64,000 nt of DNA, from positions 310,001 to 374,000 of the forward strand of contig NW_021832223.1 in the NCBI RefSeq assembly GCF_006345805.1. Reading direction: 5' to 3'. Both the position numbers and the translations under genes were made by a program. The stretch comes from Octopus sinensis. Its lineage: Eukaryota. The first letter of the stretch is position 1. Every line of letters starts with the position of its first letter. The notes beneath the pieces were generated by a model. It was not told where the DNA came from. It saw only the letters and a list, made by a program, of their open reading frames with translations, and searched no databases. This document shows, one piece after another, positions 51,476 through 64,000 of the stretch.

Positions 51476-52399
51476 ATGAAGAATCCCTGCACTGGGAAAA
51501 ATCTGCTCAAAACACTAATAATCACAGTCATTAACGCATTTCAAGTGAATTATGCACAAAACAGGCTTAGATTGTGTATTTAGCTTTTGTTGGCATCTCG
51601 ATATACTCGATGTACTTAATCTCGCAAGAATCGGGGAATATAAAGTCAGTGACGACTGTTTTTAATCAACTGACCATCGAGTTTGGTGTCTTGCTGGCTC
51701 TCGTGCTCGTGGCATTTATCATCAACTTCGTTGGAGGTCTCGGAGTACTGAGAGAAAACAAAATTATTCTAAAATATGTATTCCTGGATAACCGATTTAG
51801 TTTTATCGTATTTTGGTGTTTATTACGATCATATACTTTATTGTGTGCATAGTACTCGTCCTCTACCTGAACTACCCACCCATGCACGAGGCAGTCTACA
51901 CATTCTCTGTCAAACACGTGGGGGATTATCTGATCGACCGGTACGACGACGACCCCAACATTCAGTCCTTGTGTGATGCCATCCAGCAATGGGTAATCTC
52001 TCACACTACCCACAGTTCCGCTGCTGTGGGGTGTCCTCCAGTGATGACTGGAATAATAACATTCTCTTTGAATGCATCAAAATCAAAGACGAGATATCAC
52101 ACTGCAATGCCCCCTTCTCTTGTTGTATAGACTTTAACAAGACCAAAAACTTTAATTGTGGACGGAATGCCCGAGCAGTTTGTTTTTGTGTCATTTCCCA
52201 GGCGACCTTGCGACAAAATCTGTTTTCGACTGGCTGTGGGCCGGAGATTAAACAATTCGTCGAAACCTACCACAACTCCATCACCTATGCATTTTTTGGT
52301 TTACTAATGTTTATGGTTTATTTATTTTTATAATAATTTTAGATAATATTCAACATTATGATCAAAATACTCCGAAATAAAATAAAAACTAACAAATAA
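51476..52399 (+). CDS. Tetraspanin, TspanC8 type (ADAM10-regulating subgroup)
   Basis: EC2 has 8 Cys: CCG..DW.NNILFEC..HCNAPFSCC..NCG..TGC. Introns about 26-27 nt. Confidence 0.87.
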
Positions 52400-52425
52400 C
52401 ATAATTTAACTACTAAAATATAAAA

Positions 52426-53244
52426 TCAGTCACATAGAGTATCCCTTCTCGCCCAATTCCAAGTCAAGTCCTCCATATCCTCATCAGACGACTCAATGTC
52501 CTCCTCCACCATCTCAGTCTACCCACTCCCCTCTCATAAGTACCTGTCCCTCTCTCAATACCTCCTCCACAGCCGACATATTGTACACCTCATCATAAAT
52601 TCCACACTTGAGTCTCTCCATTAATTCCCGCTCAATGTTTAAATCCAATTTGGCGGCAACCAATGCCTTCTCTTCCCTCAGTTTTTCCCGCTTCTCAATC
52701 TTGGTTTGGAGGGGAATTATCGTCTTTCTACAAACATGAGGAATGCCTCTACTCGTTCGTGAGGGCAAGTCGCCTCGTCCGTTTTATGTACTGACTCAGC
52801 TTGATCAGCCGCTTCTGGCACTTGTGGCTGACAAAACTAAGACTGAGCCACACACCACAACGTTGGCCAGAATTCGAGTTGTTTGGATATTTGTTTGGAG
52901 GCTTCTTTGGTGTTGTTCGACAGACGCAGTCTCTCCCACCAACGGGAGGGCTGAGCTGCCCTTTCCGCGGTCTTCATGTACAGATAACACACTCCTGGGG
53001 TGTTCAGGGCAGATATTACCCTTCACTTCACGGACTGTCGCGTATTGGCTGTTTGCGAGAGGACAGGAGTTTCGACTGCAAAAGCCAGTCAGGTTGAACT
53101 CGTTTTTGCAGAATTTGTGATCCTTTGTACTAAGGGTTATATATGGGGTGTACGTTATTCTGTAAGAACAGCTGTTGTTTGATATGATGCTCCAAACGAC
53201 CTATTTTAATGAACATTTCAGACACCCACATTGTCGCTGTGCAT
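52426..53244 (-). CDS. MAK16: Ribosome biogenesis protein MAK16
   Basis: MHSDN|[62 protein letters not shown]. Confidence 0.93.
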
Positions 53245-53293
53245 TAGAACGTGTAAATATATATATCTACATTTACTAAATATTTTTAAATAT

Positions 53294-56200
53294 TGTTTAA
53301 TAAAAATTAATTATGTAAATTCTATCTTAAATTATTTAAGAATCCAGATCGTCAGTGATTTCTCTTCTTCGCTTGGAAGAAGAGTTTGCAACAAAATTCT
53401 CATCATTTTCCATTTCTGCGTCAAAGTAATTGTTCAACTGAGTGTCCTCACGACATGCCAGCTCCGCAAGTTGATTGGCGGCAGAGGCGTACTCCTCGTT
53501 GTCTACCTTCATCCCATGTCTGTGTTCAATAAGCATACTCTCTAGAGTCCTCTTCAACACAACCGACTGGATGTATGTCCTCGTTCCTTCTTCAATGAAT
53601 AACTTGTCCATATGACTTTTAAAGAACTTTGAGACAACTCCATCCCATGTCAAGACAATTGGAATAATCTTCACTTTTGCTTCATAGAGAACCGACAGTT
53701 CGTTTGCAAGCAGGTCATATTTGTGAAATTTCTCCACTTCAACTTGCTTTAAACGGTCTTGCGAGGTAACTCCCACTTCGATTAAATGAATTTCTCTTTT
53801 CCTCTTGTCATAAACGAAGATATCAGGTTTATTGAATTGAACCTTAGTTTCAGTCATAATTGACGTGTCAACTCTGATTTCGACATTTTGGGCCGACATT
53901 GTTGACACAACTGAATGTCCTTTCAATTTCCTGCTTCGTTTTATTCCATACATTCGACACAAGTGGAGATGAATACACTTTACCACTTCGTTGTGTCTTC
54001 GGAGATAATCACTGTTTAGCATCCTACCACACCGCGTGGCTAGATGGTCAACAGTCTGCCTGCTTTTTTTGCAGTGGACGCATAGTGATCCCGTGTATGC
54101 AAAGAACAAATTCCTATCTTGCAAAAGACAGTACAATGCTTCGCTTCGTGGACCATTGTTCCCTTTCGATAGCCATTGCGAAGAAGTAGATATGTCCACA
54201 TCTGATTCCTCCATACATTTGAACATCACCGAGTGTAGTGATTTACTGTTAATTCGGTTAAGCAAGAGTTTCCTTTGTGCGTCCTTCAGTAACTCAATGG
54301 TCAGATTTTCCCTGCCGACAGCTGCATATTTGGAGACAAGAAATTCTGCGATTGTGGCTAAGTGCCATTTTTTTCCTTTTATTACTCGCAGAATACCCGA
54401 CCTCCGCAGACAGGTAGTCGACTGTTTTTCCAAACTTTTAAGAAACTGGAAAGCATTAATTCGCTTTTGAAAGAAATTGAGGCAAGTCCTCTTCCAAGGG
54501 TCTTGCGGTCTAAATACAACCTCTCCTTATTTGCAGGCTGGAGGTGTAACTTGAGAGTCGTAAGTAATCGGCGTATTTGTTGGTCAATCTCATCAAATTC
54601 GTAAGGTTCAATATTGATTAGCCCAATATAATAATTATATAGGGATAATGCATATTCATTGATTCCACGAAACAAATTTACAGCATTCAGGTTTGTTTTT
54701 GACAACATAGTTATCCTCTTCTTGACATTCTCCAATATGGAGTCCATAACTTTATTCTTGAGAACATTACTTCCGCCATCTTCAAGTACACCCAAGTAGC
54801 GATATCCGTTGATTCCATCGACAGTCTCACAGCATGATAAAGATTCCACATTAGATGCTGATTTTTCGAATTCATCTCTAGGCCGACACTTTCAAAAAAT
54901 CCATTAACAGCCTCCATCATTTTGACTAACACATCTTCTTTGAGGGCAACTATTTTCAGATCGTCAATAAAGAAGAAATGATTGGTGGAGTATGTCAACA
55001 TATTGGGATCTTCCCGACTAATTTCGAGTTTGGGAAACATGGAGTTAAGCATCCTGCTTAGGGGATCCATCGCCATAACGAATAGCAGCGGGGACAATGA
55101 ATCTCCTTGGAGTATTCCCCGGCTTAACTTTACTTTCCCAATCTTTTTCCCATCGATATGTAAGTTTACTGTCCACTTCTTGACTATGTTCTTTACAAAG
55201 CTGACAATCGAATGTGGTATTCCAGAGCAATCCAATACGTGGAACAAGAACTCGTGATCAACTGAGTCAAATGCCTTCTTCACATCGACCCAAGCAGAAT
55301 AGAGGCCATTTCCATACTCCTTATTTAAACATTGGTTAATGAGAGCTTGCTCTTTGGCGCCTTGACATTGCTTTCTCGTCCCAAGCTGATTATCTGAGAT
55401 TAAGCCAAATGCCTCGATGAAATCGGCCAGTTTGGCATTAACACATTTGGTGACAAGTTTATACAAAGTTGGCATACACGTTATAGGGCGTAAGTCCTTC
55501 GGGGTCTCACACTCACTTTTTTTAGGGATCAAGTAAGTTACGCCAGTGTAAAACCAGCTATCAGGCGTGTACTCTCCATTAATTATTCGGACTATCTCTT
55601 TACACAGAAACCCATGCAAAGAATCCATCTTCTTTAAGAAAAAGTTATACGTTCCGTCGCATCCGCATGCCTTCCAGTCAGGTGCATATTTGAGCATATC
55701 CATAATAAAATCACTTGTGAATTGAGGTCGCATGGTTTCACCGCCAGTACACCTCACACCCACAAAATCATAAACTACGGGCCCCATATTTTTCTTGCTC
55801 CAGACATCTTCCCAAAATGATAAGCACTCACCATCACCAAACCCATACAGGGTGGCTTCGTTGCTCGAAGATAAGTTTCGATAAAATCTTCTGCGGTTTA
55901 ATTCAAAACACGCATTGTCTTTCCGGAAATTTTTCCTCAAGGAATGGATAGATATCTGTTTCTTTTTGATTCTAATTAGATCATTCAATAGAGTCTCAAT
56001 TCTGGTTAGCTCCCCCTTCTTAGACTTCTTATATCCGTAGCGGCAGAGAACATCCATTGCCTTTTGCTTTTCTGCCTGAGGCAAGGTTTGTTTGGAGAAG
56101 GAACGAACTGTGTCAATTTCATCTGCTAATTTAGAGATTTTTCTTTCCGTGTTTTCCAACCATGTGCTCTGTGGTCTGGCTCTCGTAGTTAAGGCCAAAT

Positions 56201-56868
56201 AAGCACACTGTGCAGCATATAGAATATCGGTAATTTGATTAATATCTTGGGGCGGATCATCTTTTGTAATATGATAAATTGCAGAATTTAATCCAGCCAG
56301 GATATCAGTTTTTACCATCCTTCGTTGCACCTTTGGAGTTGGCTTTCGAGAGTCTCTCTGAATAGACTGAACTTTCCCAATTGGAATTTGAGTTCCTCTA
56401 GGCAATTTCTGAAACTGGAAATTTCTACGTCCACATCATCTTGCACTCTGGAAGAGTCGCATCTCCCTTGCACATTGTTATTCCGTCTAGCCATGCTCTT
56501 TAGTTGGCATAAACTGGAGCACTTTGCCGAGTACTTCTCATTGAACTTCTCCAGGACAAGGTTCCAACCACCTCTTGGCATCCTTCCAAGTCTTTGCTTC
56601 GCGGCAAGGGCAATCTGAGACACCCATTCGCCTTCAGAGACACCATTGACATTTCCGATGATCGCAGAAAGAGAATGCAAGTTAGTTTTGGCAGCATCAC
56701 CAACAAGATCTTCTTTAACACCATTAGCTCTTGTGGCATTGTGAGGTCCCATAGGCGACGGTCCTGTCTTTTTTAAGTTCTTTTTATTTGCAGGAAGGCC
56801 CGTAGGTTTCGTTTTCCTTAACTGTTTGGAAACGTACATGCACACACCACAACAACTAAAATAATTTT
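53294..56868 (-). mobile_element. R4/Dong-like non-LTR retrotransposon (single ORF RT + RLE), near full length, three 1-nt frameshifts
   Basis: RT motifs (WKACG.DG, DLRPITC, DVKKAFDSV, GILQGDSLSP, FFIDDLK, YRYLG), CCHC finger (C..C..TVDHLATRC), RHNEV and KPDI..IEV..EK..KY. 15-bp flanking repeat AATATTTTTAAATAT at 53279-93 and 56869-83. Confidence 0.92.
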
Positions 56869-57783
56869 AATATTTTTAAATATAATATATATTTTATTTA
56901 AATGTTTTTAAAAAGATATTTAATTTGGCAGCTTTACTGGATTTGGTATCTTTACTGGATTTAATCTGGTTTTTCGTTTTTCCGATTTTCCGTGCGTTTT
57001 TTGTGTAGTTGGAATAAGTCTCCCGTCTAGATTGTATTAACGTCGATAGATGTTGTGTTGAGTCCTACTTAATTGTCGGGAATTGAGAGATTGGACACTA
57101 AACTGTTCAATTAATAATTTTCTTAGCCATAACAGTCAACTGCTGATTAGTGTAATTTCTTTATCAGATACTCTAATACATTTTCTCCCCATTTTACCAA
57201 AAACTGTCGAGTGTAGTTTCAGTGTATCGGAATGAATCCTCTAGAAACTTAGTTTTGAGAAATGGAAAAAATTCAATTTCCAAATTGTATAGGATTACAA
57301 TTCCCCAAACAAAAGTTTTTTGCAAGAATGTGGATCTTGCTGGGTTTCACATTAAAATTTAACTTTCTTTTTATCAAATTCGTGATATTAATTTTGACTT
57401 TATTTATATTTCTTGATTAATATGCTTAGTAATACCCCAAAAATAGTATTATACAGCAAGGATAACTTACAAAGGTGTCAGTAAAGAGTTCTGAATTATA
57501 TCCCAATATTATTTGGGTGAAGTAACCTCAGAAATATTAATTTCAAATACATTTCAGTGCAGTGAAATACAGAAAGCAAAAAATGTGAAATTAAATCAAT
57601 CCATGAAACATGTGAAATACTTTATTATAAGTAAAAGACTCAATTTGTGTGACTATCCAGTTATCTGAGTAAGGCCATATCACTCACATATTTTAATAAA
57701 TTTGCTGAGTTTGTCAAAATGATACTTGTGTATACGTACGTGCCGGACTAGTATAAATAGAGAGTTTCATTGCGCTATTTGGA

Positions 57784-58106
57784 ATGAAAAAGTGCCCAAA
57801 GTGCAACGATGAGAAACATGCCAGTATTTGGAAGTTGGATAATTCAAAATTCACCGAATACAAAGGTTTGGGCAGTCCTTACACCCAGACTATCAACTCA
57901 ATCCCCAAAATGAAGTGACCATGGCGGTCCTTCATGAATTAAGGTCCGTGAAAACAAATGAAACATTTTCGTATTCCCTGTTATAATATAAACTAGATTT
58001 CAACAAAAAGATACGTCTCCCAAGAATGAAAGTTTGTAAAATTTTCTTTATTTTAGAAACTCAAGAACCGGCAGATTTCAGCATAGAATGGTTATTACGG
58101 GATTAA
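57784..58106 (+). CDS. Putative spliced micro-gene or pseudogene, copy B, with eh1-like C-terminus
   Basis: Introns 57866-888, 57971-996 and 58032-056 give MKKCPKCNDEKHASIWKLDNSKFTEYKDYQLNPQNEVTMAVLHELRSVKTNETFSFQQKDTSPKNEKTQEPADFSIEWLLRD*. Confidence 0.55.
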
Positions 58107-58499
58107 CACTTTTTCTTTATTTACTAATTCTTTAATATTTTTTGAATAAATAAATCTAACCTTTATTTTCTCTCCCTTAATTGTCTGAAATTATTTATAA
58201 ATACGAAAATACTGGCTTATGTGTTTAAAATGAGTAATCAAACTAATATAAGAAACTAAAATAAGTCCAAAAATCAATTTTAATAACTATGAAACATTAA
58301 AGTCTGAATAAAACCCAGTCTTGTGCGACTAAGTAGTTCAGTCTACACTTTCCAATCAAAATCGTTTATAATGAAAATATGTAAATCTAAACTTGATATC
58401 AAGTTTTCAATCATTGTTTCTCCCAATTATTAATATATATTTTTTCGCAAGAACAAGGATAGAAAAAGTAACTCAAAGGATAGTCGAGAGCCTGAGGGT

Positions 58500-58950
58500 C
58501 AGCCCCATGACGCCGCACTGCTCATTGAATGGCAGTTTCCGCATGAGCACGACGACCGAGATTCTCTGAAAGAGTCAGCTCGTTTCCCTCCCGTCGTTTG
58601 TTTTCGAAGAGATTCTCATATCAGTGAGGAGTTGAGTCGCGACCTTGCCGACGCTTCCTAAGGTTTCGAAAGCAATACGCATGTATTTTGGACTCTTTAA
58701 CTCTTCGGCCTGAAGACTGGCGAAGTCCGGGTTGCTGCATGTCTCAGGTAGCGAGGTCACCGAAAAAGAGTCAACGCAGGTGGTGTCCCAAACCAGGGAC
58801 TTACCTTCCCTGAAAGGTCCTCCTTGACAACGTCGTTGAGTTGACTGTGACAAAGAATTCGTACATGACAAGGCGTGGAAGCCGTTTGATGAAATTGTCG
58901 ACCCGCATCAACAAGGGTGGGGCTGGCATATGTCCAAGCCCATGCGTAAA
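58500..58950 (-). mobile_element. Degenerate CRE-like fragment (zinc finger plus RLE)
   Basis: CGSTISSNGFHALSC, GKSLVWDTTCVDS, IAFETLG, ETS*LFQRISVV. Confidence 0.65.
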
Positions 58951-59574
58951 CAGATCACAATATTAATATTGTATTTTACTTTAGATTTCTACTTTAGGTT
59001 TGGTTTCTTTTATTTTTGTAAGTACTCATTTGGCGAGTAATCTGTCTACTAATACATTGGAATAGTTTGATGATCATAGAGTACTCTCAGCTGGAGAGAA
59101 ATCTGTTAGTACATTCTAGCGGAAATATTTTATCCAAGTTAACCATCAGACTTAAAGATAACTTTATTCTTAATGCACAACGTGAGGATAGTTCAATAAA
59201 CATATTTCGAACTCAGTCCTCGTCAGAAGGGACAATTAAAGTCAAACTTAGACAAAATAGGTCAATTATAGTTCTACTATCAAAGATCTGTTTCACCTGC
59301 ACTACACTCTGAAACACATTCTATCTCTATTTTTTTAAACCTGTTTTTTATCAGATTTAGGAGGTCAACGGAGATACTGAGGTGACTATAAGTAGTGGAT
59401 TGGTTTTTGTGAAGATAACATTGTAAAAGTTTAGATAACATATGAAAACAATTTTTAATTAATTAAATAAAATCTATTAATATATTTAGTTTCCAATTAA
59501 GATTATAATAAAATTAATACGAGCTGCTTTCTTGTTGTGGCATCATTCCTCGTTTACTATAATTTTATTACTGA

Positions 59575-62152
59575 ATGTACGAATATAACTATACAAATAA
59601 CCAACAAAACGGTTATTCTTCGACATACACAAACAATGTATATCCCAATTCACCCAACCTAAGAATACCCATCAATCCCCCCTTGTCGAACTACTCGGAA
59701 ATGACTCCCTTTCCACCTCTCTCATCGAATCAGATCCATTCGGAGACAAATTTCGAAACATAAAGAACGTATCACCTGAGTAATCCTAAACATGTCAGTC
59801 AAAGTGTAATGCGACCCACTCTACGAGTCATCCCGAACTCCAAATCCCTCCTTTCCTCGACATCTCTGCCTCTGGGAATACTCATCCAGCCCTACGCTCA
59901 AATAGATGTATTCTCCATGGTAATCCCAGTGTCCCACGTGTCCAACAATCGAAGGAATAGAACGTTGTAGAATATGCAAGGCCTATTTAAACCCATTTTG
60001 TACCTTCATAACCCCCAGAAAGTACCACTGTGCTCTCTGCCAGTCCCTGAATGATGGTTGTGACTATTTTTGATTTGTAGTATCCGAAGTAGCCAGATCT
60101 ACAAATGGGGGGAACATGGATGAACTGTCGGCACTGCATCATCACTCGTTGGACTATGTGGCCACGACAGACTACGATATAAGTCCTCCAAAGCCTCCTG
60201 TTTTTGTCTTCATGTTCGATGTGTCGGCCGGAGCCATATCCTCGGGTTGTTTGGTGTGTTTGAGTGGCAGGATATCTCTCTGTGTGCTGTCAGGCCATCA
60301 TTGAGAACTTTGACAGAATAGCCTACAACCCACGGACATTGGTGGGGTTTATATTTTTTGGGAGTAAAGTGACCCTTTTGTCGTTTAGTCCAACAAACGA
60401 TGCCCCCAAACTGCTTTTAGTGAGTGATTTGAGTGGTAGGACATGTTTGTGACGAGTAGATATGATAAAACTTCCCAACGTGTTGATTAACTGCAACGAG
60501 TACTCCAAACAGCTAATAACTGCACTTGGAAACATTCCCAGTTGGTTTGGTGGGTCGAAGGAAGCACACAACTCATTTGGATATGCAATTGGACTGGCTC
60601 AGTCAATCATGGTGAGTGTGAGAGGATTATTCGCAGAAGAATGTGGGAGGAAGAATAACCGTCTTTAATAATCAAATACCCGATTTGGAACCTGGGAGGA
60701 TAGCTGTGAGAGTTGGGAATGACCTTACCCCCTGGTCGACGTTTTATAAGGACATTGGAATATCACTTTGGGAGCACAGAATCACTGTGGACTTGTTTGT
60801 GATTGGGGGACAGTCCTGTGATGTGCCCACGATTGGGCAATTCCCCAAACTAACAGGCGGAAGAATATTCTACTACCCCAAATTCCACTCATCGTTGAAC
60901 GTGACTGAGTGTGCTCTCATGAGGAGAGACATGGGGGACTATTTGTCTGCGGAATGTGGATTTGACGGGGTGGTGAGAGTGAGGCTCAGTCGAGGTTGGT
61001 GGTGGACTGATTTGGTAGGACTGGAGATTCGGAGTATGGTTGGGAATATGTTTATGAGTGGGCCTGATTACTTCCGTGTGGGCTGTTTCACCCACGACCT
61101 GTCATTTTGTGTTCTTGTAGATTGTTCTGAGGAATATTCCCACAGTACAGCATATGTCCAGACTGCTCTATTCTACCACAATTCACACAGTTGGTGATTA
61201 GTGGGGAATGTAGGCGAACTGCGCATTCGTGTGCATACTTTGAAACTTGGAGTGAGTGATCGAATACCCCCCGTCCTGCTGGAGGCCGATCAGTGTTGTG
61301 TGGCACTCGTCATGGCCAGATTATGTACGATTCACTCTTCTATTCTCTAGTGGCTCACAAAGCAATGTCCAACAATCAAATTCAGCCCAAAGTGTTGTCC
61401 TCGTCGATGGTGGACATTCTCCGTGTTTGTCGTGATCCTCAAATCTTTTCCGGCTGTCTGAGTCTGAGGCTTCCAGTTTGTAGGGCAGTGGGTTTCCTTC
61501 CATTTCTTCTCTTCAGTCTGCTAACACACGTGAGTATATTGAGATGTATGTTAGACAAGTTTTACTTCTGGAGAGATATCAGTGGATGAGAGATACTCAG
61601 GACTGTCCCGATTACTGACTGGTCGTCCCAATGTTTTGTTGTTGGAGATATGTCCTCGACTATATTGTATCACTCATATTGGACGTTCCTGTTACGTCGA
61701 TCAAGAAGGGAGGTACTGCTGTGTCTTGGGGGATCCTTTGATTTTGTCTTACAACAGTCTTACAAAGAACGACGTGTTTATGTTGGATATGGGGACTGTC
61801 TGTTATATTCTTCCAAGGCAGGACACTCCTTCAGAAGTGTTGCTTGATATGTTTGGAGTGGACGAGTACAGCAAAGTGCCTGAGGGATTAGTATGGAATG
61901 ATCTAGAATGTTCTAGATTGTTCCTGGGCAGTTACGGAATTGGACTTCGTATGGACTAGCATTGGTGATTGGTCAGTTTTGTTTGATGAGAAGAGTGAGG
62001 GTGTCCGTGTTTGTATTCAAGTAACAGGAGTGTTTTATGATTTAAGGGATAATGATTTGGGATACTCCGAGTTTATTCAGAAACTTAAGTTCGACAGGAC
62101 AAGGTCGTGTCGGTCATACGTGGAGTACATTAATGGACTGGGAGTGGAATAA
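59575..62152 (+). CDS. SEC24: COPII coat subunit Sec24 (A/B type)
   Basis: LPLGILIQPY, zinc finger C..CKAYLNPF..C.LC, PPVFVFMFDVS, GGRITVF, GFDGVVRVRLS, VQTALFY. Many tiny introns. Confidence 0.92.
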
Positions 62153-62402
62153 TCTCTATATTTTTTATTTAAGCTATTAATTTGATATTCCTATTTACCG
62201 CGTTTTAATTTATCGGTGTCAGAATAGTGTGAATAATTTATTTCTTTAATTATCAGAGTGATCCTGATTTTTAGTCTGATCTGATAATCAATGGTCCTCA
62301 ATTTGCTAGGATCAAAATACTATGAAGTATGTGTGAATTTAGTTACACAAAATATTAAAAGAAACAAAATTTAACTTAAGCTAGACTATTTAATTTAGAT
62401 TC

Positions 62403-62940
62403 TCAGTCCCGATTATTGGGAATCTCTCTCCTCCTTTTAGGAGAAGAGCTTGCAACCAATTCCTCCTCACTCTCCATCTCCCCGTCAGATAGATTTTCTA
62501 TTTGTCTCATATCTTTCACCGGCGTGTCACGGCAGCATGCCACTTCTGCAAGCTGGTAAGCAGCAGAGGCGTATTCTTCGGCAGATACTCTCACTCCATG
62601 TCTGTGCTCAACTGCCATGCTTTCTAGCGTTCTTTTTAAAACAACAGATTGAATATAAGTTCTTGTGGCTTTTTCAATCGATAATTTGTCCATATAGTTT
62701 TTGAAGTATCTCGAAACAACGCCATCCCACGTCAAGACAAACGGGATAATCTTTACCTTTGCATCATAAAGTATCGAAAGTTCGTTTGCGAGCAGATCAT
62801 ATTTATGAAATTTCTCGATTTCGACTTGTTTAAGGCGATCTTGTGAAGTGATGCCAACTTCGATTATAGTTATCTCTTGTTTAGTTTTGTCATACACGAA
62901 GATATCTGGTTTGTTGAATTGAACTTTATTCCGTCATAAT
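62403..62940 (-). mobile_element. 5'-truncated sister copy of the R4/Dong-like element (RLE end)
   Basis: FNKPDIFVYDK..IEVGITSQDRLKQVEIEKFHKYDLLANEL, clearly homologous to 53336-53850 but diverged. Confidence 0.85.
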
Positions 62941-63169
62941 TAGGGCAAATTGTTTCTAGCACTTAAAATGATCAAATCTAGCATTTAAAATTGTAAAATC
63001 TATAACTTAAAATAATAAAAATTTATTTATTTATTTAAAAACCAAGAGCACCGTCAGGCCAGAAAACAAGATTAATTAGGTGATCCCGACATTCCCAATC
63101 AGACTACGCATCCTCTCTCTGTGTTCGATATGATCCCCAAGCGCCAAAATAATAAAAATAACATTTAAA

Positions 63170-64000
63170 TTTTATTTATTGTAATATAGTAAGAAGTAAT
63201 GCTTGATATTGTCTGGATAGAAGTTTCTATCTTTTTTAAAAATATTTTTCAGCATTTTAATAGCTCTTTCAACGGATGCAGAGGATGCCTGACAGCGTGA
63301 AAGTAAAAAATAATCTTGTTGGCTAATTTTCGGTTCAGTCATCTCAATAATAGGTTTAAATCCGTTTTCCTCCATTCTTTTATTCATATAATTTTTAATA
63401 TTTGCCTTTATTCATATAATTTTTAATATCTCCGTTAATTTCAACTTAATATCGGAATTATTTACATGATGTTTAGCATTTGATACTAAAACTCCATCTG
63501 ACTGAAATGCGTTAACAATTTCACAAATAATATTTCGCTGCTTTAAACCAACTTCCCCATCTGCATAAATTAAAAAAAAGAATACCTAGTAATTACGACA
63601 TCAGGTGGGTATCCAACATCCTTGAACAAATTACGACGTCTTCGGTTTTTTACTGTGGCAGCTTTAATGCTAGCAATTAAGCCATCTATTTCCGGATATG
63701 CAGACTATACGTAAAACCGTATTGTGTACAAATGAGAAAACACAAGTCACATGATGCATGTTGTTATACATGACCATTAAAGTTTTACCGCCTATTTATT
63801 TTGATACTTTTATATCACCAGAAATCATATAAGGAGCGGCATCTGAGATTAACAGATAAAAATTGTCACGAATAATCTTCATTTATCTAATGACGTCATC
63901 TATTATTTGGCAGATGATAGCAGCATTGGCATGACTTTTCAGTGGTTTGCATTCAACCAAATAGGATTTTGTTGGAAAGCGAGTGCTAAATTATTTTATT
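63170..64000 (-). mobile_element. hAT-like transposase remnant running off the window end
   Basis: LLISDAAPYM, HVTC, GLIASIKAATVKN..PPDVVITR and CQASSASVERA..DRNF. Confidence 0.75.

Overview
Gene-dense, TE-littered nuclear DNA of a highly compacted animal. Animal-type genes (Wnt, a thyroid-hormone-receptor-like nuclear receptor, an Id/emc-like HLH) and a motile-cilia gene (CFAP298) are interrupted by ultra-short spliceosomal introns; the roughly 40 I delimited by hand are 22-31 nt. This fits a dicyemid mesozoan (inference; such introns are known for Dicyema). The standard genetic code is used. About 20 conserved genes were recognised after manual splicing: ATP5F1B, PIKfyve, two tetraspanins, CFAP298, TR-like NR, RidA, SELENOT with an in-frame UGA, LCLAT1, Kir, Rap1GAP, AP1G1, ICT1, SLC52A, PP2A-B56, RNF121, WDR12, presenilin, Wnt, MAK16 and Sec24. 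Mobile elements include pogo, Merlin, Tc1, hAT, RTE, CRE-like and R4/Dong-like copies, several with exact TIRs or TSDs. Most notable observations: (1) a Wnt whose Porcupine-lipidated serine motif is replaced; (2) a duplicated spliced micro-gene missed by the ORF track, with an eh1-like C-terminus and forkhead-like remnants; (3) SELENOT with a non-canonical SECIS candidate; (4) a Kir channel with an altered filter; (5) 45-51 nt gaps between co-directional genes; (6) a possibly intact R4-like retroelement. All family assignments come from motif recognition and recall, not from database searches.
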